This document shows, one piece after another, positions 1 through 12,333 of a stretch of 64,000 nt of DNA; position 1 is the first letter of the stretch, and every line of letters starts with the position of its first letter. Below the pieces are notes generated by a model. It was not told the origin of the DNA. It did not search any database and saw only the letters and a program-made list of their open reading frames with translations. The position numbers and the translations under genes were made by a program. Source of the stretch: Kudoa neothunni (Eukaryota > Animalia > Cnidaria); contig OZ199840.1 in assembly GCA_964304625.1 (NCBI GenBank), forward strand, positions 10,425,220-10,489,219, in the 5' to 3' direction.

Positions 1-2613
1 CGCAAAGTTTACACAAAAATCTAATTTTTACTCCTTTTTTTATTTATCGAAAACGATTTGTTATATCAATACTTTTCAATATAATATTTGTACACAGATT
101 TTTTATAGAACATTTCAAATAAAATAAACATTTTAAATGTTTTATATTACCATATATATATATATATATATGTATATTTTGGATAAAAATTTTTCATTGA
201 AATGGACATATAACCCCCTTACAGACATATAAAAAATCTATAAAAAATGTATAAACTAAACATCTCACTAGTAAACCCATATATATGCATTAAAGGTTAA
301 AATTGCATTTTTGAGAAATGAAAAATAAGATGTTTTTGTGAAATATGCGATCAGATTATTTTTTTTAATTAATCCATTTAAAATTGATTTATTTAAATAG
401 GAAAAAAAATCTAATTAGTTATAATAAATAACTTTTGATTTACGAAGTAGGAAGAAGAAGAAGAGAGTACACAATGTTTATAGTAGCACAATGGAGATTT
501 CACAGGTATTCGACAGTGTTCGAGTGGAGAAATGTTAGAATTTAGAAGTTGTTATTTTGGACTTGATCTTCACACTCTTTATTATTTTATTATAAAAAAT
601 ACTAAACAAAAAATGTTCACAAGATGGTGATATTCAGTTATCACACTCTTCCCTTAAAAAATACCCCTGATTTTCAGCTGATGATCTGATTAATTTTTCA
701 GTTTGTGATAATTAATTTATTGACTTCTCTATATTCATATGAGTGGGGAAAAATTATCCGGAGTGAAAACTGTAATGCATCAAAATAATTACACATCGTC
801 CGGTCCGGCGTGGGGTACCTCATCAAACATATTCTTTAATCAATTTTAAATTCTCCACAGTTCATATAATTCAAACTATCACGAACATATATACTAATAG
901 ACGTTAAAATAGAAAAGTGTTTTAGCTGCTGTAACAAATAAAACGACTATACTTCAAATACAATTAAATGCAGTTACAAAAGTGTACAGCAGACCAATTC
1001 CCCATTTTTCAACCAAACAATGATTTAAACCATATGAACCAATAAATATGGTTGAAACACATATACATACATGCATACATACATACATACATACATCATT
1101 ATTAGCAAACATTGTTGCTCGCCCTTCGTATTTATCGGTATGATTGGATTAAGTCTTCCGCCAGGTTTGAATCCACTTATGCTTGCGTAATATAGCTAAT
1201 TATGGACATTGAGTTGTTTTAAATGAAAGAATCCATAAAAAGTGAACGGAGGTCAAATAGACGACGATAATAATAGCAACAATAATAGGCTGAACTTTAG
1301 TATAGTTCCCCTAATCTCTCAAATGTGGTGTTTCGTCCTCCGTCTTCAGAAGACGTATGTTTCTTTTGTCAAGAAAATTTTAACACTTTTTTCTAATAAT
1401 TAGAAGGTCATTTCTGAGTACTTTTAAGTAAAATTAAACAAAACGGTAATTGTGGAGCGTGGGGCTCCCCATTTTTAGCGGTTTTAGCGGTTTTAGCGTT
1501 TTTACAATTTATTTTATCGGAAGTGATATCAAAAAATCTAATTTCTCTTCTCATCTGGAGCAAGTCAAAATGTTGTGCCCAATCTTATACATGAAGATGA
1601 CGTCGTAATAAACACAATAATCCTTATTATGCATTGGCGAATTAGGGGGTCTATAATTAATGAGATCCCAACGGATTTCTTAATCTTTAAAAGATTTATT
1701 AAATTAATTAAACCCAAGAAATCACCCCAACAAATGAAAAATATATACGAATGGTAGTGCTCGCAAGCCGTCAGATTAATAAAGTATTATCGAGTTCATT
1801 TTTGTAAATACCCAATCAGTTTTACTTAGATGAAAACGAAAACATGTCTTTTCGAGCTAGTAATATAGGAGTCATAATTATTAAATGATGTTAAAGTATA
1901 TATTAAATGCAAATTATCGATATATTATTCAAGAGATAATTAACTCTAGACTTTTACAAATGTATAATTTTTAGTTTTTAAAGATCCTCTTGCTTTGAAT
2001 AAAACAAAAGATGTTTCTTTTGAGGTATGGAAAATATCCCACCCCGGGCAGGAATGACCAAAACATTAAGTCTCAAAGGGACAATAAACAGCACAATGAA
2101 AATCACTTCGTATTTTTCTACAAAGATTAAAAAAATCAAAAATTACCCATAATAAAATTAAAATTGTAACACTGTGATGAGAATTTAAAATTATGATAAT
2201 TTTTTATTCTGCAAAAGAATGGGTTAAGAATAGCTCAACATTGAATTGAGATCCACCCACGTAACTATTTTTAAATATTTAAAAAACATTTATTATGTTT
2301 AAGAGAATAAGAAGTGGGTGTCTGACATGAAATACTGCACAACTAAAGTATAGCGGTAAGGGTTTTTTCCACGAAATAAAAAATCAAATGTCAAATTTCA
2401 CAACATAACACATCAATATTTTTAATTAACAACAATTTCATGATTTGCTTGACCTGTTATAAACATTTTTTTAATTTTATTGTAAAAAATTTAAAGGGAC
2501 ATATATCGAATAGATTTATAATTATTATTACACGCATGCGTATGTTCGTTTAATTATAAAACCTTCACCGTGGGTCCTACACACAATCATTTCTCACAAC
2601 ACACTACACCGCG

Positions 2614-5600
2614 ATGATAAACATATCGCAGTTTGTATGTTGACAATCACAAAGAATGAATTCAATTGGATTTTTTAGTGTAGGAATTTGAAGACAGTGC
2701 CAAAAGCGAGTTGGCTAAATTTAAAAATTGCACGACAATGTCACATAACAAATGTGATAATTGATTTTTATTAAAATAAAATATCAAAATTAAAAAATCC
2801 TATTTTAGAATAGATCCAAATTTTATATAAAAGGTTCAATGCAAATGAAGCATTTTGCCAACCAACTAGGCATACCATTGGGTAGGGGATTTTTTGGTGA
2901 ATAGAGTAGATCCAAACCGATGTAACATATAGAAAAATTGCATTCAACATTGACAGAGGTGGGGGTGTACGAATCAGAAATCAGTACAGTAATTAATCCA
3001 ACAATCATGGAATTGGTATTGAAACAATTAAATACTCCATACGAATATCACACCTTGAGGTGAGAGTTGATTTTCGGTGGGAGGTGTTAACAGCAAGTAA
3101 CTGTTGGTTAGTAAAAATAAAATGAATGAGTTGGTTGGAGATGGTTCCAACCTATCGTTCTGTAATCGCCCTCCAATAGTCGCTATAATCGGCCACATCG
3201 ATCATGGAAAAACTACACTTTTGGATACACTTAGAAAATCCTCGATCGTTGAAGGTGAGGTCGGTGGTATCACCCAAAAAATTGGCGCCTTCACTGGTAT
3301 GCAAATTCTGTTTAATTATATCCACGACAACTACTATATACTGTATATGTTTACCAAAAAGCGTACGACCAACAGAAGAGACCCATTTGTTTCGTTGACA
3401 CGCCGGGACATTTCGCTTTTCATTCAAGCCGTTCAAGGGGTGTTCAACCCGCGGATATGATTCTTCTTATCATAGCAATTGATGATGGTATCCAAGAGCA
3501 AACAGTTGAATGTATTCGACTGGTTAAATCTATATCATGTAAGACCGAATCTTTCCAGGGAATGAGCGATATGTGTGATATAAATAATAACCACTAAATA
3601 TTGAATATTTAGTGCCTGTGATAGTTGTGATAAATAAAATTGACAAAATCAAACATCCTGATTCGGTAAGTGTTGATATATTTAATAATTTAAAATAATA
3701 ATCTAATCTATTGTACACATTAGACCAAAATTCAAAATGAACTCATTCAGTATGGGATCGTCACGAAAGAGATGGGCGGAAATGTGGATTGTGTGGAGGT
3801 ATCAGCTCGAAAAGTAAAAAATCATTGCACAGATTATATTTGATATTTATTAAATTTGTACACATAGAACATTGGAGTGGAATCGTTGTTAAAGGCTATA
3901 ACAGAGAATTCCAGTCAAATAGGCATTGGCTATGACACCTCAATAACACCTACTGGTTTTATATTGGATTGTAAACAGGAGAAACAACTCGGGTAGTTGA
4001 TAAATGCTACTGTAACCTCGGTTACCTCTCATTGTTTTCAGGTTAACCTCCACAGTGTTGTTACGCAATGGATCTTTGTCGGTTGGAGATTTTATAGAAA
4101 CATCTACGTGTGTTGCTAGGGTATGGTATTATATGTGAAACACAAGCTCACAGTAATCGAATCCCCAAAATCGACAGAACACACAGTGTTTATCTAACCG
4201 AACCTTTAAAATTTAAGCTTTTCATTATAGTTACAAACGTTAATTAATTTGTTGGAATATAAAAATATAAGATTGGGTTGTAAATAATTAATTATTGTGT
4301 ACTTTAGAAAATGTTCTTTGTTATAATTTAAAAATACTTTTTTAGTGCATGTGAAAAATGACAAAATATTTATTATATACGATATTCACATACAATATAT
4401 TTAGTAACATCGTACTATTTTAATTCATAAATGTAGGGTTTAAATGATTAAGGGGATAACTAATATCGCTAACTCTTGCCATTATTTTTCGGTTTTACTC
4501 TTCTATTAAATACTTAGTTTGTAAAATTCATATTTATCAATTATGAATATATTTATATATAAATATATTCATATAAATGAGACAAATTAACTTTAATTAG
4601 TTAGATTTGGAGCTATAAATACTTAGTTTAAATCAAATAACTTTTGTATAAATTATGAAATTAATTAGCGTTGTCGTGCTTTCGAACTTATCTTGTTACT
4701 ATTAACTGTCATGTAGATAAAAATAATAATCGATGAGAATGGAAATAGATTGAAAACTTTTGGTGCAGCGATTCCCGCCAAAATTGTTGGATGGAAAAGT
4801 GAACCGTTGTCTGGAGATATTTTTGAAAAAATCAATGCCAAGGTTTATCCATGATCTATTGTTTATCTCATGAGTTCTTGGGTTGAAGGATGCTAAGAGG
4901 AAAAAAAATAAAAAGACCACCGCCACCGTCATTAGTAACGTGGAAAATGCGCTCAAAAACGCCAATTACAATGTCTCGAATGTCAAAAAATATTCTTTTC
5001 AGGAGGAGAAATTAATTGTTGAATCTGATTTTGATGCTATGTTTGACGCACAACAAAGCATCAAATCATACTCCATTTCCAATCCTTTACTTTACAAAAT
5101 CATAGTTAAAGGTATAATTGTATTGTTTTGGTTGCCGAGCTAACTCTATTGTTTAAATGTGTAAGCTGATAGTCAAAGTGGATTGGATGCCATCCTACAA
5201 TCAATTGGACAATGTGCAGATAGGCGCGTCAAGTTCGATTTGGTTGGTTGTGGAATCGGAGTGCCTACCACCGACGAGATAGTCATCGCTAAAAATACCA
5301 AAAGTTAATTTGTTGTAAATTTGAGAGGTTATTGGCAGGGTGAAATCGCGTCCAGATGGGTGTGGTTAATTATTTTTGATGTGCAGTTTAACTGGAGTGT
5401 TATAGTTAATTAAATATAGCAGATTATTTAAAAGAGCTTCCCATCCCACCGAACCCTATAAATTTAAGTTGTATATGTATCTTTGACTATGAATAATTAT
5501 GTATGTTCACCAAGAGCATAGAGATTATATAAAGTAATGAAATATTGGAAATTTAATAAAAACAATAGTTGTAACGTATAAAGTTTATAGTATAAAGTAT

Positions 5601-7686
5601 GAGTGGGGCACGTTATTTTCAGGGTTTATCTCTAGAATGATCGACGAATAAAAATATACGTCGAGTTTTTCGATGTTTTCATGCATAAAGGGGATATATT
5701 TTGAACTGTGTAAATACCCCTATGAAGCAACAAAATTTAATATTACATAGAATCTAATATAATTTTATTTTAATTTCACCATTGTAATATAACTGAAGTA
5801 TCATCGTCATTTTTTCTTATGATTTTAATTTACAAATAAAATAGTTATTTGTTACTCTTACAAACTGATATTTTTTATGATTCTTTTGAATTGTCAAACA
5901 TTAACAATCCAATTATTGTTTATGTATTTTGAACAGTATAAGACTCCCTCTCCTCGAAATGCGCGAGTGCGTGCGTTGAGGGAGGTTGCCCAGTCTGGCG
6001 AAGGAGGGGAGGAGTCATTTCTTAAGCGTATCAGAAGACTATGAATATATCGACCAATTTTCTCGTACCAGATTATTAACAATTATTTCATTTAATAAAA
6101 CTTTATGTTGTTGTTTTATCGATAAAATTTCATAGTTATATAATATTACTTTTAGACAAAATTTTCACTTTAGTCTGTTAAAAATTCTAGGCCCTACGCT
6201 CCCCAAATGTCTGTTTTAGAATAGTTTATATTTTGTTTTCAATACATAATTCTAAAATATACTCTGTAAGAGTGTAGGATGTTAATTAGAATTAAATTAA
6301 AAACTTTCAATATATACGGTTCAATTATATAGGAAATTTAAATTGACATTGTTATTCTAAAAACCTCAATCAAGTTGGCTGATTAAACTCCACTTATGTA
6401 TGTACAAGCTCAATGATTAATTTCAGCAAAAATTATTTTAGTCTACAGATAAAATATTTTTTTTAGAATCTATTATAATTAAAGATGTAAGAAAAATTGT
6501 GATTTTCTAAATCTCACTGTCGATAACCTCAGATCAGATCAGATCAGATCAGATCAGATTAGATTAGATTAGATTAGATTAGATCAGTTCAGTTATTTAT
6601 TGATTTTACTTTGTTTAGGTAACATTTATTGTTTTTTTCCTAACTCCGATATTGGTCGACTAATGAGCAACATTGCTTCTAACACTAACGACCATTCCGA
6701 TATTTCCATCGAATTCCACGACATTATCTACAATATGATTGATTCTATTAAAGTAATATTATTTTTAACATTTATCATTCGACCAATTAACTATAAAATG
6801 AAAAATTTTTATTACGCGCGCGCACAAATTAATACAGTGGTCGTTTTTTTAAAGTTGACGTTAAAATATAAATTAAATTGGTTTTATTTTGATAATTTAT
6901 ACACTCATTAATCATATAATTTGACATATTACCTCAATTAAAATTGAATTTTATATATTTTATTTAATCTCAATCCTATTGTATTTCCTTATTGTCACTT
7001 TCAGTGGAAAAAAATAAAAATGAATTTTTTATTATCCATGTGTAATATTATAAATTTTTTTAATTCGAATTAAATATGAATATTAATAATTAATTTAAAA
7101 TTTTCTAAAATATCTAATCCTTCTTTAAGTTATGCACATAGTTTTAAAATCACATTTCAAACCAATTTTCGCTTCTATATTACGCTGTCATAATAACTGT
7201 TTGTTTCTCAAATAATTAACCATTTTTTGATAATTAAAACTAATACCTAGCATAGGAACATATTGAAATGTGTATGGGAGACACTATCAATATATTACAG
7301 ATGGGAGAAGCCAAAGTTAAAAAAGTTTTCCAATTTTCCGGAAAACTTAAACAAACTGTGGCCGGATGTGAAGTTGTTACTGGTGCCATAATATCAAAAT
7401 CTACAGATTATCCCAGCTACTGTCTTATTTACGATGGCGACCAACTGATTAAAAAATGTAATTAAATTGTTGTTGATATTATGCACATAATAACATCATT
7501 ATTGAATATGTGTGTGCTTTAGCTACAATCAAGACATTGAAACAATTCAAAAAGGATGCCAACCAAGTTAACGAAGGTGCCGAATGTGGAATTGTTTTCA
7601 ATGACTTCAACCAGATGAAAGAAAATCAACGAATAAAACAATACAAAATAGTCAAACAACAAGTTCCATTAGACTGGAAAATTTAA
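2614..7686 (+). CDS. MTIF2: Mitochondrial translation initiation factor 2 (multi-exon)
   Basis: Spliced translation gives [60 protein letters not shown] and the C-terminal [19 protein letters not shown]...VPLDWKI*. The N-terminus [27 protein letters not shown] is basic and lacks acidic residues, like a presequence. The start codon is inferred. Confidence 0.92.
6530..6586 (+). repeat. (CAGAT)n/(TAGAT)n pentanucleotide microsatellite in an MTIF2 intron
   Basis: Tandem cagat units switch to tagat units just upstream of the acceptor near 6618. Confidence 0.9.
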
Positions 7687-8267
7687 ATTCGTTTTTTTAT
7701 CTCTTTAATCATGTTTGGTGTAGTGTTTTCTTGTGGCGTGAGTTGTAGTTTCGGGTACTTTTTAAGGATTTCAGGGGTGAGATCACTGAGACGATGGTCG
7801 TTATTCACTCCATCGAATTTGGTGATATCCAACGGTATGAGTGATCTGTCGAGAAATGGATGTTTGTTTTCCGGGAAAATGAACAGTTTCTTCAGCATAT
7901 CGTTACGATAGGGTGATTTACGAAGCCGAAATTTGATTTCCATCCACAATATGAAAGCTCGATCCCGGCTGTGAAAGTAGCCGGCATTTCGATATTTTTC
8001 ACCTCTAGGCAAACCAGTTCGAGTTTTGTAAAAGTTCCCCAACCATGACTTTTCAGGGTACACTATTCGATCGGAATTAGTTATCACCAAAAAGTCACCG
8101 ACATTCTGATTTTGTGAAAATGTTGGGCGTGCTCGTCCAATCAACACACGCGCCATTTCCAACGCAAAACTATCCAAAATCTGATTCTCCGCATTCGCCA
8201 AATACCAAACAGACTGAAGAGATGGAGCTCTCAGCACATCTCCAATTTGATCTAACCTACAAACCAT
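7683..8267 (-). CDS. MRPL13: Mitochondrial ribosomal protein uL13m, intronless
   Basis: ORF contains WYLANAENQIL...ARVLIGRARPTF...GDFLVITN...YKTRTGLPRG...KLFIFPENKHPF, the uL13 signature. ATG 8267 is the likely start. The ORF-track extension to 8411 is AT-rich and probably non-coding. Confidence 0.88.
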   Translation of the reverse strand: MVCRLDQIGDVLRAPSLQSVWYLANAENQILDSFALEMARVLIGRARPTFSQNQNVGDFLVITNSDRIVYPEKSWLGNFYKTRTGLPRGEKYRNAGYFHSRDRAFILWMEIKFRLRKSPYRNDMLKKLFIFPENKHPFLDRSLIPLDITKFDGVNNDHRLSDLTPEILKKYPKLQLTPQENTTPNMIKEIKKRI

Positions 8268-9479
8268 GTGGATTTTGTATTTTTGTGCATGCGCAATGGT
8301 AAAATGACAAATCATTTGCATTTGGATGATAGATAATATTTTACGAATTGTATTTGAAATCTTCATTATATTTAATAAGGTGGATATGAAAAAATATTTC
8401 ATATTTAACATTAATTTTCGAATATAAATCGATAACTTTGTTGATGACTTAAGATCGGTTTTTAACCGCCGGTTTTGGATTTTAAAAATTTATTTTTTAA
8501 TTAGTATAAATTAACTTTTATTATTAATTTATATAGTATTTTATACAAAAAATGCGATTTTTAAGTTCTAAAGCGTTCAAAAATTTTCTGAGTGAAACGT
8601 GTTTTAACAGCGATTAAATTTTTTTGTTCATTATTACGGTAATTGTATTGGATATTTGGAGTTATATTATTAAGCTTGCTAATGAAAAAGCGGTTAAAGT
8701 GCAGAACAGGTCGGTGGATTAATTATTAATCTTTGCGTTTATTTGCTGCATTATTTTTAGGCAGCGTCTGTTGGCGGGTACAAATTCGGTTTATTATATT
8801 TTTGAATTGCTTATTATACAAAATATGTGTATAATGATTTAAATGAATATTTAAAAGTTTAGTTAAAGTTCATATTGATAAAATTTTTATTTTTATATTT
8901 TTTTATTGTAAAATAAAAATAATGTATTCATCACTTGATGATATAACTTAAAATCATTGTATACAAGTAAGATATTTCTTCGTTAACATTAATTATAGAA
9001 AAAATGGAATTGTTATACCCCAAAATCTCTCATTTTAGTAGAAGAAAACATGTGAAATTAATTCGTAATGTGTCTGCGTGAAATAAACACGGAAAGGAAT
9101 AGCACAAGCTTTAGAATAATATCATTTCAGAAAATAATTTATTTAACAGTGGAGTTTCATTTAATGGTTTTGAAGAATTAAAATTACAAATTGAGGAACT
9201 CGAATAAAATACCGTTGTATTGATTGTTAAATAAACGTAAAGTTTTCAAAAACTTAATATATGTATGCATATTTATTGTAATATTATCTATTATTTAAAT
9301 GAATACGATCTTCTAGCCAAAAAAATAAAATTTTAAATTTAAAGTAAGTCCTATGTTTTTGAAATTTTCAATAGATACTGGCAAAGAAAAGCTTGTGTCG
9401 AAGTCTCTCAATTCTTCCCATAATCATGATTACTTAAATTTTTCATCAAAATTGTTATTAAATAAAAAAGATTAACTAA

Positions 9480-10140
9480 TTATAATTTTTTGTATTTCAC
9501 AACTTTTAGAAGTGAGTGAATGTTCAAAGGTTATCCAAGATAAGTTGCTCGAGACAATGGGAGTTTATTTCTCTAAAAAATTTAACCAACATGAAATGTT
9601 CAATGAAATCCCACTCAAAGAATGACAAATTTTTACAGACTCTATGAAGAAACAAGGCGCATGTATAGAAATATTGGAAAACGGAAAGGACTTTAAAGAT
9701 TTATTTTTTCAAGATTTGAGCATGAAAACAATCTTTGAAACATACCCAGAAATTATTTATATCGATGCTACTACAAGCTACTAGATTTTAAAACTCCTGT
9801 GTATTTTGTTGCAATTACAGAATCTAGGGAATTAACTCAGATAGGCGCGACCGGAATATTTGTAGAAGAAACCGAAGAAGTTTTCTTTTGATTTATTAAA
9901 AAAATATAACTTAATAATGGAAACTAAAACAAAAGTCTTTCTTAAAGATAAAGGCATAATTGAACGAAAAGTCATAGAACTAATTTTTCCAACCGCAGAT
10001 TTACAACTATGTTTTCATCACGTTCTAAAATATTTCAGTCTTATTTTAATGGTTCAAATTCGATACAACTTCAGTCATGGGAACAACTTTCTGATGCATA
10101 ATATAAAGATCTCAAGTCCAACATTTCTTAAATTAAATTA
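9480..10140 (+). pseudogene. Decayed MULE (Mutator-like) transposase
   Basis: Frameshifted fragments YPEIIYIDAT.KLLDFKTPVYFVAI...VEETEE and KDKGIIERKVIELIFPTADLQLCFHHVLKYF match the MULE DDE/CxxH pattern. Boundaries are approximate. Confidence 0.7.
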
Positions 10141-10805
10141 CCAACACGTAGTTATGTATCCAGAATCGTCAAACAATATTTTAATTATAGATTAAAGTTA
10201 AATGGTGGGTAATCATATACTAACATGTTTATTCTGAACGTAATATTTCAACTAGTATTGCCAAAATTACACTTTAAATACAAAAACTAAATAAATGAGC
10301 ATATAATAATCATAATTTGTTTGGGTTAAATTAGGGTATAAATTAAAAAATTATAGTTGGAATTAATAAAATAATAAATTTTTCATCACATACTAAAATT
10401 GAATGATTCTAAATAACAGTGGTTCTCAAACCCTAAAACGACTTCTGCATTGGTGATACACCCAACACATGCGCGCGCAAAGGTGACCTCAAATAAATTA
10501 AGGAAGTGGTTATATCTCTAAAACTACTCCACATATTTGTTTGTTCATTTTTTTCATATTATATAATATTTATCTAACTTTATTTTCTGTATGTTTTGGA
10601 AAAATTTGAAGAATAAGAAATTTTGAGCTAGAAGCACTTTTTAATTCGAACACATAGAAAGGGTATTTATAACAAATCCAGTTGGAGCAAAAACAGAGAA
10701 GAATAGATATTCTAGAAGGAGATTCACTCAATCAAATTATGCGAACTTCATCGAAAGAAAACACTTTATAATCTATCGTACGAGGACCAACAAACACTTA
10801 TCCTA

Positions 10806-10934
10806 TGTAACATGTGGATTATAATGGTTGTACTCCACCAACCATATGCGTGATCGAGAACAGAGCGGTATGGCACCACCGCCTTTTAATGCTAATAACG
10901 CAGGTTCGAATCCCAATTCGGAGCTTGTGTTACA
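10806..10934 (+). mobile_element. 129-bp solo-LTR-like insertion containing a tRNA-like (A/B box) segment
   Basis: Ends TGTAACA...TGTTACA, flanked by tccta/tcgaa. The paralogous MITE copy near 22973 has a single tccaa and no insert. Internal GGTTCGAATCCC B box. Confidence 0.55.
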
Positions 10935-12333
10935 TCGAATATCTCATCTTTATTAATATACATTTTTTATATTTTTTAATAATAATCATTTATTTGATGA
11001 GCGGTACAGATTAAACTAATTTTTATTAGTTTATATGGGGAAAATTGATTCAGTGTTCAAACGAATCGGATTTCGAACACATTACTAGAACGGATTATGG
11101 TCGAAATCCGAGGTTGCATTGTATATAGACTTACTATAGTTGGAGATATACGTGACAATAAGGATAAAAAAAGTATTTTATGAATTAATTTTTGACAGTG
11201 AGAATTATAGGTCTCCTGTTGATTTAACAGGGATCTCAGCTATCAAAATTACAAAACTTGGCACAAATAATGAATTAAAACCTTATACGCAACAATTAAA
11301 TAATAAAAATAAATCCGAAAATAGCATACATCAGCCTTTATTAAATGCTAACATTAAAATATTATTATTGTTGGATTATCAAACCTCAAAATCTCATCAA
11401 GATTAGAGTCAATTATCAGCAAATATAGATATAAAGATGTACAAAAATAATTTATTGTACCAATAAACCGACAAATTCAATATTTCATAAGAAATTTATT
11501 TTCTGCATATGATACCTGTTATATTTTATGATTTCTACCTCGCATGCACAAGTCATGGTACATTCCATTTCCCTTAGAAATATAAAATAATATGAGACAA
11601 TAAAGATAATAAAAATTGTTTATATTAAAAAACTATGGATTGTTTATTTATCAAATTTTTCCAAAACCTACAGAAAATTAATTTAGGTAAATATTATCTA
11701 ATACTTAAAAAATAAGTAAAATATGTGCATTAATTTTAGAGATATTCAATCCTTGACATATAGCCTGAGTGCGATCGGATTATCAGGTATTTGAGACATA
11801 GCCACTGCCATAATTAATTTATTTAATTTCTCTTTAGAATTTAAAAGCTAACAGCAATTCTATAATGATACGTTAACATCACTTTAATGATGATAGTTAA
11901 GAATTAATTTTATAATTATTTTTACGAGAAATTATAAAATAAAAATATTTTCTATATTATTTACATTTTATTTTGAGGAAAATTTCTTTTTTTAGTCATT
12001 AAAAAATAAATATGTGTTTTTAATGTTATTCACTTCCAGAATATTAATTTACTTTTTTCTCAATATAGATATTAATCTATACAGTAACATATAATTAAAG
12101 CTAAGTGATAAAGTTCAGTGAAACCGACAAATTTATTAGCTATTATTCAATTAGATATAGCGTCAAAATTTTTATATTCGATATGAATAATTTTGATGTT
12201 AAAGCGCACTATTTTAATTGAAAATTGTAAACATTTACGATATAACAGTTTAATTGATGTTTCTAGATAACAATGTCGTATTAAGCTAAAATTGTTTTAG
12301 TTGCTTCTAATTTTTAGCTTGGATACATGGGAT

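Noticed and set aside
1473-1500. (TTTTAGCGG)x3 telomere-like repeat
   Set aside because: Only three units, internal, and not a known telomere motif.
10848-10925. Functional tRNA gene
   Set aside because: The B box is present, but the acceptor, D and anticodon stems do not pair properly.
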